This document shows positions 1 through 12,500 of a DNA stretch of 64,000 nt, piece after piece. A model generated the notes under the pieces. It searched no databases, had not been told where the DNA came from, and was given only the letters and a program-made list of their open reading frames with translations. This DNA is from Phoronis australis (Eukaryota; Animalia; Phoronida): the NCBI GenBank assembly GCA_002633005.1, contig NMRA01000126.1:202979-266978 (forward strand), given 5' to 3'. How positions within the stretch are numbered: position 1 is the stretch's first letter; each line of letters begins with the position of its first letter. Made by a program: the position numbers and the translations under genes.

Positions 1-377
1 CGGCATCAAATTCATGATCGGGAGTGAGTGGTAATATCTTAAACCACAAAGCGCTTGGGTTATGAATTCAACGTTGACAGGTTAACACCAATGAAGTGCA
101 GCGTGATAGATAATTGTGAGCACACTTGCGACTGTACTAGAATAAGCCTACACACATTGTTGCCATAAAAAGGGACAGAAAAGAATTAATTGAATTAATT
201 TTCAATTCTCGGAGTGATACAGAAATTTCCAGGCTAATTACAGTTACATCAATTGCATCAGCCACAAATTTACCCTGCAAGTGCCTCATGACTGACCAGA
301 CAAGTTAGCGAAGGACCCTAAAGGTAACCATATAGCACAAATTGATCGCATACTAACGTTGCTATGGTAAAACGTAC

Positions 378-530
378 ACAAGAACAATGAGTAAAGGAAC
401 CACAATTCCAGCACTGGTGATGTATCCTAAAACTGTGTTCAGCCAAACCACTTTAATAATCTCAAGTGACAGCACCTCAAAGGGAAAACCAAGACCTGCA
501 AATGGACCACAGCAAGCAGACGGCTGGAGT
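378..530 (-). CDS. TMC: TMC exon 16 (LQPSACCGPF...IVVPLLIVL)
   Basis: PS..CGPF motif; gcag acceptor; probable gtacgt donor at 377 (otherwise in-frame TAG at 362-364). Confidence 0.85.
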
Positions 531-3500
531 CTGCAAGTACACAAGTGGTTAAATTAATAGTAGAATGCTTTGCTCTTGAAAACGCAAACATATTCAGACA
601 GTATAACAAAGTTTGCAAAAAAGAACCTGGAACTAGGAATACAAAATTTTTCAGACTTTAGAATGACAGGTTCTCGTACACTTCAGCAGTGTAACTCACT
701 CACATAACTACACAACTGATTAGCTTTCTAGTACCATTCACCATCATAAGCTATCAGACCAGTGTTCTTACGCTTACAACATCTTATCCAACCTCATTGC
801 ATTAAACAGGGTTTGTAAATTTAACAAGTAATTGGAAAATTCAAATTTTTCTTCAATTTGAGATTCTCAAAGTCATCATTCACGAACCAACTTACTCAAA
901 TATGGCGTATCCAACAGGCAGAAACGCAAGAAACAAGGTCATCAGTAGAATGCCAAGATAGAAACTGCCCGCAGTGGAAGCGCGGAACAGTACCTTTGGT
1001 GGAGAGCTGGCGAATCGGACTGTGACATATCTCAGGTAGAAGAACAGAAACAACTTGACGGCAGCAGCCAACGGAAGAATAGGAGAGAAGTAAAGGCCCA
1101 ACCAAACGATGGCTTGGCCGTAACAGAGCTCCAGTACTGACGAGGAGACGGAAAACTGGACATAACCAATCTGTTGACAACAATGGAGGCACACAATAAA
1201 AAGGTGAACCATGCCGATCTTTTGTATGTAAATGAAATACATTGCACATGCTGTTGAGTATAGGGAGAAACTGAATTATTTGCTTAGCACTGTAACATTT
1301 GAAATGTCCTTATTTGTAAACAATTGAAAGTAAAAAATCGTGCCTGAAGCCTACGCCACAAATTTCACCAAATAAATGTCATAGTATTTAAGATTCTAAT
1401 TTTTACTTTAACAGTAACCTGCATCCACGTAATTTTTAAACTTTTGTTGCAACAAGAGCAACGCAGAGCATTGAAATGAGCTCACGACTGCACTGCAAAT
1501 GGTGTGCTTCTGGGGGTGTTTATTTTTATCATAAAAATGGCAATTGGATGGCTCAGATGACATATCCAAAAATGGGGAGGTGTCATGGTCTCTCAAAATT
1601 ATTTTCAAAATTTGATGAAAATCCATCAAAGAACTCCAATGATATAAAGGCAAATGTAAAAAAACTAATTGCTGTTCGAATCACAGCAGTATTCAAATCC
1701 ATCCGTCTGCTGTCAAGTTAATAGGAATACAATAATTGCAAAATTTCAAAATCATCTTGCAAGGGGTTTAGTAGATACAACCATAGATGCCAAAAATGTT
1801 ACTAGGGGGCACTACAGTAGTTGGGTCCGACTGAAAATCCACATTAGTCATGCTCTTGTCAATTTTCATAAATTATGATCCTCTAAGCGGTTTGGCAGAT
1901 ACAGAAGCAGAAGACAAAAAAAACAGTGAGACTAAAAACTAATTAAAATGACCACTGGTGCAAAATACAGCAAATTCATCACAAACAGGAAACATGTGTC
2001 ATGATAGAAATTTGTTTTATCCAATTTCACGAAAAAGCATCAAAGAACTGTTAAATTAGAGACGCAAATTAAAGTAAAACAAGAGCAACGCGGAGCGTTG
2101 AAATGCGCACATGAATGCACCACAAACAGAGTGCTTCTAGGGCTGTTTATTTGTTTCATAAAAATAGCCACAAGAGGGAGAAAAAACATCTAATCCATCT
2201 GAAAATGGGTACATGCCATCGCTTCTTTTAATAGAAAGCTATTTAACAAATTTCATAAAAATCTGTCAAGGAACTTCAGAGAAACAAAGGAAAACAAAAA
2301 ATAATGAAATTGCCACTAAGGGACACGGCCTTCATTGGATCCGCCTGAAAGATGTCATCAGTTTTTAGCTTCATATCAATACAATTACTTAATTTAATAA
2401 AGATCCTGCAGTGAGTTTAGGAGATGCAGCTATGGGCACAAAACAAAACAAAACAAAACTACCACTAGGGGGCACTACAATAGTCGAATCCGTTATTGTC
2501 AACCGTCCTCTTCACACTGAGAACATATACCATATACCAATTTTCAAAGTCATCCTCAGAATGGTTTGGTTGATCGAAGGGTGGACGCCAAAAAACAAGA
2601 CTCGAAAACATGAATAATGGCCACTAGGTGGTGCAAAAGTTCCTCGATTCCATCCCAAAGCGGGAGGATAGCATCATCTCACCAATAAATGCCTGTATTC
2701 CAAACTCTCTGATAATCCATTGAGGATCTTTGAAGATACAGAGAAAAGCCTAAAAAATGAAAATTGCCACTACGGGGCACACTGATTGTCAGATCCGTCC
2801 GAAAGTTGTTGTCATCCGTTGTTAACATCATATAAATACACTTGCTAAATTTAGCAAAGATGCTGCAAACGGTTTAAGAGATACAGCCATGGGCACAAAA
2901 AAATGCCACTAGGAGGCACCACAGTAGACGAAGTCATTCATTTGGTAAATCATCGTCAGCTTCGTAGTAAGAACATACATGCCAATTTTCACAACCATCC
3001 TTAGTGCGGCTTGGTTGATAAAGGAGTGGACACCAAAAAACAGACTAAAAACAATAAAAATGGCCACTAGGTGGCGCAAACTACGCCAAATCCATCCGAA
3101 AATGGGAGGATAGCTTCATCTCACTAATAGGTGCTTATATTTCAAATTTTATGAAAATACGTTGAGGACCTTTGAAGATACAGAGGTAAACGTAAAAAAC
3201 ATGAATTGCCACTAGGGGGCACACGGGTTGTCAGATCTGTCCGAAAGTTGTCGTCATCCCTTGTCAACATCACATAAATATGCTTTCAGAATTTAGTAAA
3301 GATCCTGCGAGCGGTTTAGGAGATACAGCCATGGGGGCAAAAAGAGACAAAACTGCCACTAAGAGGGCCACATTAGTCAAAATTGTCGGAAAATCATCGT
3401 TAGCCGTCCTCTTCATAACACACATGCCAATTTCCACAATCATCCTTAGAGCGGTTTGGTTGATAGAGGGGTGGACTCGAAAACAGCAAAAATAGCCACT

Positions 3501-6500
3501 AGGTGGTGCAAACTACAGCAAATCCATCAGAAAACAGGAGGATAGCGTCATCCAACCAAAACATGCCTATATGCCAAATTTTATGAAAATACGTTTAAGA
3601 CCTTTGAAGATATAGAGGTAAGCGTAAAAAACTAAAATTGCCACTAGGGGGCACACCGGTAGTTTGATTCATTCGAAAGTTCGCTCATGCCATCCCATCT
3701 ACGATAAGAACATATGTGCAAAATTTCATGAACATACGTCAAAGCGTTTTGGAGATAGAGCAGTGGACACCGGACACCGGACGGACACCGGACGGACGCC
3801 GGACGGACGCCGGACGGACGGAGATGACGGTATAATGCGTCCACATATAAATATGTGGGCGCATAAAAATAAAATTGCCATTAGGGAACACAGCTCTACT
3901 GAAACTGGCCGTCATCAGTTGCCATCTCCATAAGAACACATCTGCTAAAGGAGATACAGCCGTGGACGCAAAAAAAATAAAATCGCCATTATGGGTGGGC
4001 CAGAGAAGTTGAACACAACCGAAAATCAATATCAGGCTCGGTTTTCTCATGAGTAAAACATCTCCAAATTTTAATAATGATTGTTCAAGCGGTTTGCCAG
4101 TTTGGTAGATGGAGAGGCCGATGCAAAAAACGTACTAAAATTATTAAAATGGCCACAGAGTGGCACAAAACATGTCAAATCCACCCGAAAATGAGATGGT
4201 GTCGTCATCTATGTAATAGAAACCTATTTGTTCAATTTCATAAAAATAGTCCAAGGAGTTTCAAATATACAGAGGAAAAGGAAAACAAATTGCCACTAGG
4301 GGGCACAGCGGCAGTCGTGTCCATCCAAATGTCATCGTTGTCCGTTGTTAACTTCATATTAATACATTTGCCAAATTTAATAAACATACTGCAGAGGGCT
4401 TGGGAGATAAAGTTAAAACAGTAAAAATGGACACTACCTGGTGCAAAATACTTCAAACCCAACCAAAAATGGGATGATAGCGTCATCTCATTAATAGGTG
4501 GATATCCGTCAATTTTTAAGAAAGTCCATTGAGGACCTTTGAAGATACAGACTGGGGTAAACGTAAAAAAACTAAAATTGCCAGTAGGAGACACACCGGT
4601 AGTTGGATGCGACCAGAAGTCGTTATCTGTACTCAACTTCATATAAATACACTTGGTAAATCTATCCTGCAGAGCGTTTAGGAGATACAGCCACTAGGAG
4701 GCACCACAGTAGTCAAAGTCATCGGAAGATCATCGTCAGCTGTCCTCGTCACAGGAAGAACATATATGCCAATTTCCACAATTATCGACAAAAGTAAAAA
4801 TGATCGCAAAATATTTTGATTCCATTCGAAAATGGGAATATAGCGTCACCTCACTAATAGATACCTATCTGCCAAATTTCAAGAAAATCCGTTGAAGACC
4901 TTTGAAGATAGAGAGATAAATGTAAAACACTATAATTGCCACTTAATGGGCACACCAGTAGTCAGATCCGCCCAAAAGTTGGCTCAGGCCGTCCCATCCA
5001 TGAAAGAAATACAATGTAAAATTTCATGAATATACGTCAAAGGGTTCTGGACAGATGTGGACCCCGCACACCCACACAAAGGTGACGGCAATATGCACCC
5101 ATGCACATAATAAAATAATGTTAAGGACAAGCTGAAAGATTTCTAGAACACTTAGCATTTTGATCAGGCATTACGAAATATAGCAAACAAACACGGTTTG
5201 ATCAACACACCATGATTCATACAACGGCAGAAATTTCTTAGAGACCAATGCCATAGCACAACTGAGCTTACCTTTTTTCCAATCCTAGTACTTTTGACTA
5301 CAGCTGCACGGATTAAAACCAGTATGATAATCGATAGGACCACGAGGATGAAGTCAAGTACAAACAGTTTGACCATCTCTACACCCACCACAGTTTCCCA
5401 GCAACAGTTTGTCACATTGAGCTGGCTACTGCAATTGGTTTTGGTCGAGTTGTTCTCATCATGCTAGAGAAAAAGACATGCATTTAATGTACAAGCACAA
5501 TGTGGAAGTTAGTAACAAAAATAATTAATTGAACTCACCAGGTAGAACAGACTTTCAATCTGAAGGAACACTTCATTTCCATTTACTCCCTAAACACGAG
5601 AATTTCAAACTGTAAGGCTAAGGAAGCGGTTACACTCACTGGATGACAAATGCTGATTTCGTGTTCATAGAGTTCAATGATGAGCACAATGAGGCTGGCA
5701 TAGTAGAAACACACAGTCCTGAAGAAAACAGGAGAAATTGAAAGCAACAACACCAAGTACTTCAGATGGTGACAAATAAAACACTTGTCAATGAATTAGA
5801 GCAGGAAAAATATATTAGACCATAGACTATACTACATGGACCACTAATTGTATATTCTCAATGCACACGATCTGTGATCGTGAGTACAGCTGCGACCAAC
5901 AACACTGTTCCTTAGCAACACCTGGTGTGGTGGCCCATTTTACTTTCAGTAAGTAGATCGTCTGATCAAACATTCTTTCACGGCACCACATTTCCATATA
6001 GGTGGTGCTGTAACAGAGGGTTCTCACTAACCGGAAGCTGAGTTGCGCTCTGAAAGAGAGTGACACCTCCATTTTTCCTGGCTGGACTATTCAAAACTCA
6101 TAAAGGGTAATAAAATAATTATCTTTTCAGCCAGAACCATAAACCTAAATCTGTGTTTACTAAATTAAATGCAGATCAACTGCAACAGTTGTATGACAAA
6201 GAATAATCCTCAGTGACATCAGTCAATTTTAAAGGCCTATTGTGTGTGTGAACAACACCAATGATTTATTAGCGTCCAAAAAATATTTTGAGCCACTATG
6301 CTGACTACTTATTCCCTCGAAGTTCAAACTGTTCCCTAGGAGTCATAAGAAAATATCAATGTTAGATGTGAATCTGTTTACGGCCTGTGATTAGACTGAT
6401 CATCAAACTTCCAATTCAATGCAGCAAAGGAAAGTAACATATCCACTGAACTAGGACAAGTCGTTTTCTTGATATGTCTACTCAATGACTCTCACTTAGT

Positions 6501-9500
6501 TTAATTAATATGCTTGCAGTTTATGACATGTATTGAAGCTTCATCTTCCTTTTTGATTTATCAGTATGAATATTATACTCAGCTGGCCTTCTGTGAGACA
6601 AACATTTTTAGAGATAAATTAATATGAAAGCACAGGCAGTAACACTACACTCTTATACATTACTCACACAGATAGGTCAATAATGTCTACTACTTACAGA
6701 ACACACCAAAAGAATGCAGACAAAAGGACTTTCATATCCTGTCATAATGCAGTGGTGGAAATCAAATGTATCATAAAACTGGTCTTCCTTTGTGACTGAG
6801 AATGAAGGGGAATTAACAGGGAATGTGGCTTCATCATTTTGCAATCTGTAAAGACGGACTTCGATATATTCATTAGCACCAGTGGTGAATATGAACATCG
6901 ATTTCCCATTTACGTAAGCAGCGATAAACATTGACAAATGAGAGTATAGTGAGCACCTCTTCACAAAATCTTGGATTTACTCAGGTTTTGCAATTGTCTG
7001 CATTAATTTAAAGATAACACAATATTACCCAGCCAGCAATACCTGACTATAGTCCATTCAGTGGCTACCCTGGGGTGCCACTTCTCAATTTTCACCAGAA
7101 GTTCAAAAAACATGGGTACGATCAACTTCAAAGCAGCCATGATGAAAGGCAGCTAGAAAAAAGTAAAACACATTGACTGAATTTACTAAAACAACTCAAT
7201 AATGTCAGTGTGAGCTTTTCAAAAAACACAAATCCCAATTGAGCATTTACTATTACAATCTCAATTGGATTTAGCCATTCGTGTATGTCAGTTATAAACT
7301 GATTGAATGATTATTGTCAGATGCTTCTAAAAATCAATAAAACAACAGCTGCAATTAATCTTTCAAAAAAATTAATGCAGTGTCCATGAAAAAATAGACG
7401 AATTACCAGAAATCTTGAGGAAGGTTAAATCTGGTGTGTGTGACTTTTAATAGGCATAAATCATTATAAGTTTTGAACTTAATTAATTTACTATGGAATG
7501 ACTGTAATGTGTTACTAAGAAATCATTTTCACATTATATTTTGAAAAACGATGACTTCTACGTGAGGACAAAATGTCTATCAATACAAAAATAACATGTA
7601 GAACAGAGCAAAGACAAAAATACAAAGGCAATACAGAATGTTGATGTTCATCACCGACCACATTGCATGCAGTAGGTGCAAGAGACACAAAAAACAATTA
7701 CACACCACATATGCTTGAAGGACTTCTGTCCCAACTGGAAGTGACAAAAACCATCCATCTTTGTTCTGCACCACAAAGACGATGAGGGCAACACTACCTG
7801 CCAGAATACCCAACACAAGGATGTTGGAGAGTAGACGCCCCAAGAACACTGTGTACCTAAAAGCAGACAACAACTCAATCACATCCGGCTATCTCAGATA
7901 CCAAAGGATTCCTTCATTCTTAGTATCCAAGAAGCAATAGTCACAAGGACATAAGAAGCAGCTCTGGTGAACACTGCATCATCTACCTATATCTACACTT
8001 GCAAAGTATTTCTAAATATTATATAATATGTTATATAACGCACGTGATGATAACGGTGGGTTACTACATCAAGATAAGTGACATGCAAGCCGATTTAAAC
8101 AAGGTTGTGTGTGTTTGCATATTTAAAACACTGTTTTCACCTTAATTTTCATAAACTTTATTAAAAATCAAAATTTTGGATGGCATTTGACCGATATGTT
8201 AATTTATGACTTGCGCTATATATTTGGTTCAGTTATTATTTGCAAGGTGTTTTTCAATTATTAGATATAGTAACATTAACACCAGTACAGAATTGGGAGA
8301 CGTGAGTGGTATATAACAACAAGAGTGAAAACAACTACCGAAATTCATAACATGAACTTAGCCCACCAAATACTGGAATCCTTATGCCTTTGTCAGGGAT
8401 ATTTTCTCTAGAGATGATAACTGTTATCATCTCTAGAGAAAATACGGAGAAGTAGTTTTGACATACTTCACGGTGTTATAACAGTTATTTCACAGCCGTA
8501 TCATCACCTAATATGTCTGTTAGTGAACAAATGAACCGGCAATGAATTTGACTGTATAATTAAACTAGAAGTAGTTCACCACCATTACTTGTTCCTTTCC
8601 TGTCTGCGCTTGGCTTCCTTAAGTTCTCGAACTTGTTCCTATGAATGAAATGAAGGACAAAACTGAAATAAGTAATTTTTAATTAACCAGCCACTACTGA
8701 ATTATGCAATTTAAATCAGCCATTTCAATTTTACGTTACACAAATTCTATAGCTTGTGCTTAACAACATTTAACTCTGTCATCTGGTAGTTGTAGCCTAA
8801 TTTCAAGCCTGAAAAGTTAAAACTGTCTGCAGTGCATCTTGAACTGCAGTGTTGAGAAAATAACTGATCTCAAATGTTCAGTGAACACAACAGCTCTAAA
8901 ATTCAGTTCACCAGTCTTGAAATTTAAAAACAGATGGCATGGCGATGACAGTGATAATTCAAATAGCCATCCAAGTCAGTCAGCTTAGACAAGCATAGAA
9001 CATAAATACTTGACCTAAAATACAAAATACAGTTTAAAAATCATTCTGATGATTACAACTATTCATAAAAGAAGAAAATACTTTCCTATGCGTAACTTAA
9101 ACCTCAGACACTAAGCCTTAAAATCTGCATGAAAACTTTAAAGGGAAACCAAACTCTGCTTTGGTATACTAATAGCTTTCCTGTCCAGTTCTCTGAAACA
9201 AAATAATGCTCTGTAACCCTCAAACATGTCGTGAACACATCCACTAAAACAAGAAACTGTAGGAACACCGCATTTATCCACCTTCACTCTTATCAGGCTT
9301 CTATTGTGAGTCAGCATGCGTGAATAATTGGCTGATAAGCCACCTCTGGAACTACTTTTGGCTGAATGGATGACCAGGCCATAAAATGATAATATTAGCC
9401 AAGACCAGTTACTAATGCAACAAAGAATAGTGTCGTAGTATCATCTAGCCTTGGTGGAAAGCTGTATACTGTATTGGCTCTAATAAACGCTTAGAAAAAA

Positions 9501-12500
9501 TCATTTCACGGGGAGGGGATTCTTATTGTAGCCTACGGCAGTTGAAAGCCGGTTTCCCAAACGGGTAAAATCGGAAGCTAGGATTCATAAAATTTACGCT
9601 TTGTGACGAATTTTAGCATATGACAGTCTTTCTACAAAATTGTGGTGCATTGCTATGAACTTCCGTTGTTAAATTACGATAATCTTTCAAAAAATTGTGC
9701 TCATCACAGGGCGAAAACTTGCCGACTGATGCGTCGCCGCTGAATCGCCATCGTCAATAGGAAAACTTGTACTCTTGAATAAAAATATAGTTTCGACTCA
9801 ACAAATTACCTGAAATCTTCCTGATGTTTTACAATTTTTAAAGTTCATGTGGAGTCCAGATTAATTGCGATTAAGTCCAAATGTGCGCTACATCGTACTC
9901 CACAACAAGAGAAAAATCTCTGGATGAACACACATGTTGTTGTCACGTGACGTTTGTTTTGAAGGTCGTCTGTGTATGAGAGTGAGTGAGCGTGCGTGTG
10001 CGGGTCATCGACGATAGACTTTTTTGTTACAAAAGGCGGAGGATTATGCAAGAAAATGGCGTTTACTAGATTGTTTTTCACTTAAACGGCTGTAACGTGC
10101 AAGGTGAGTGCTGGTTAACTCACAGATTTTGTGTGCACAGGCCGACTGTCGTTAGCTCTGCCGTGGAGTATTAATAGTCCAAGGCTCGATCTACATGTTG
10201 GGGACGAAATGAACTACCCGGGCTGTGTGAAATTTCTGGGTCTAACGGAGACACTGACGCAGTGGTCAGTCAGATCGCTGTATCAAGACTATAGTCAAAA
10301 TCCAAATTCGTTTTATCGTGTCCCTGTCAATAATAACGGCATGTTAAAGCCTTCTTAATTTTCGTACTTCAGGAACATAACAATCACGTGTTTTGTACAC
10401 ATACGCGCACGCCGCAGATCACATCTCGGAAATTGCCGATTTGACGGATGACAATGAATGAACACAATGAAATTAACAACGTCGTTTTACAGCTTGTAAG
10501 ATTCATAATAAAAGTATTTTGAATATTGCAATGCATGTGTTCCAAAATCTAAATAACTTGGGTCCTATATTTTTGTATTAGTGCGCGCCGAATGAAAGTA
10601 ATCGTGAGTGTTGCTGTGTTGCAAAATCTCTTATCCTGGGCCGATTTGAAAAATTCAAAGTTGTACTCATATTTGTTTTCGCTCCTCTTTTCAAATATTA
10701 CAGTAAAAACTACGTAAAACTCTCTCCATAAAAAGTACAGTCTGCTAGCTAGATTGTAATCAGCTGATCATATCCGCATGAGCGAAGCCAATTATCCTCG
10801 CTCGTGACTCGATGACTAGAGCAGCCTGGCGGCATCCCTTTGATCGTGAGCCGAGTGCGACTCAGCCAAGGTGGATAAATACGGTCTAGTTCAATTTTCC
10901 ATACCCCGCCGTTTACCTTAACCACTGGGGTTAGAACCAATTCTATTTAGTGGGAATGTTCATAGCATGAAAGCTTAAAGCAAAATTTGAAAACTCCTTT
11001 CAAAGTCAGCCAAACAACAAGGGTGACCTTCATTTAAGGTGAGTTACATGGCAACTTAATGCAAAGTCCGCCCACCAAGAATTATAATATCCAATCTGAT
11101 ACAGAGATTATGTGTTTCCAGCTGAATCCTGCTTTTGCTACTAAGTGGAATGCCAATGATGCATTAGCAGGTGACAGAACAAGAATTGTTTGAGATCACC
11201 AAAACAGGATTTAGCATCATTTTACATTCTATGTAATCTCAAGGTCAACCTTAAAGTTTGTCTTTATGGTTGACTTCTTTTCTTTCACTCCCTGTGCAGC
11301 CGTAATGCTGTGGTCCCACTGGGTAAAAAGCTGCCACGAGAACACATATTCCTCCTTGGTGTCCGTCTTTCTAGATTTTGTATATCGGGTCATCATTCTG
11401 CAAATATCAATTGAACAATTCCTCCAAATCCTGTCAGAAATATACTGGCATTGCCTACTCAGATTTTATTAAGCAAGATAAAAATTTTTCAAGCAAGGTT
11501 TGAAGTGTTTACCAACAGTACCAAAGACTGAGCTTCTGAAGCACACCTTCAACGTGTTCTGAGAAGCAACATAAGAACTGTGCCAATGGAACTCGAGTGT
11601 AAAAATTTGAAACCTTTTTTCATACTACTGTTGGTGAGATGACTTTGGTCTATTTAAACAAATCAATAAAGAAAATGAATCAAAAATACTATCACCACAA
11701 AAGTGTTAATTAATCAGTGATAAAGGAATCAAATCTTTTGCTAAGTCCAAAAATGAGCACATTATGCAGGCTACTGTAACTACATAATCACTAAGTTGCC
11801 TAAAAATAAACTCACCTGCGCACAATCAGAATAAAAAACATCAGAAAAACAATGACCACCGTTAGGAAATATGCCAGCGCCATGTTGTAGACTCCTTCTT
11901 GCTTTGAGTATTTCCCATAAAAGAGAAATGTGTTGTTCAGAATTCCCTGTAACAATTTGGGTAACAACTATATGAACTTGAACTTTTTTATATGGTTGAC
12001 TTGCATACCAAACATTCAACAACAATAACGCAGAACACTGATATGCACCCACCGTGTGCATCGCATATAGCGCAGATACAAGGAATGATTACTATTTTAA
12101 ACATTCACATTAAATGAAGCAATGTTAGTAAACTTAAAATAGCCTCTAGGAGAACATAGAAATTCAGCAATGCTCTCCTTAATAGGAACATACATGCCAA
12201 GTCCATAAAAAAAATTTAACTGGCACTGGGGGCTCTGTGGTAGTCAGGTACATCCAAACATCATCAACTGTTGTCACGTTCATAGAAATACACCAAATTT
12301 CACAAAGATCAAGCAGGGATAAACAGCTGCAGATGTAAAAAAGCAGAGGGTGCCACAGTAGACAAACAGTCCAAAAATCGTCAACAATACTCTTCCCACA
12401 AGGAACACATTTACCAATTTTTTTAAACGATTCTTAGAGTGCTTTGGTCAACAGAGAGATGGACGCCAAAACAGACTAAAACATAATTAAAAAAACAACC

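Noticed and set aside
2300-3700. Regularly spaced conserved motifs resembling a CRISPR array
   Set aside because: Intervening sequences are homologous monomers, not unique spacers; no cas genes; eukaryotic intron.
3644-4642. ORFs with RPSGV/TDTGR repeats (also 60643-60927)
   Set aside because: Translations of the HINE microsatellite and core repeats.
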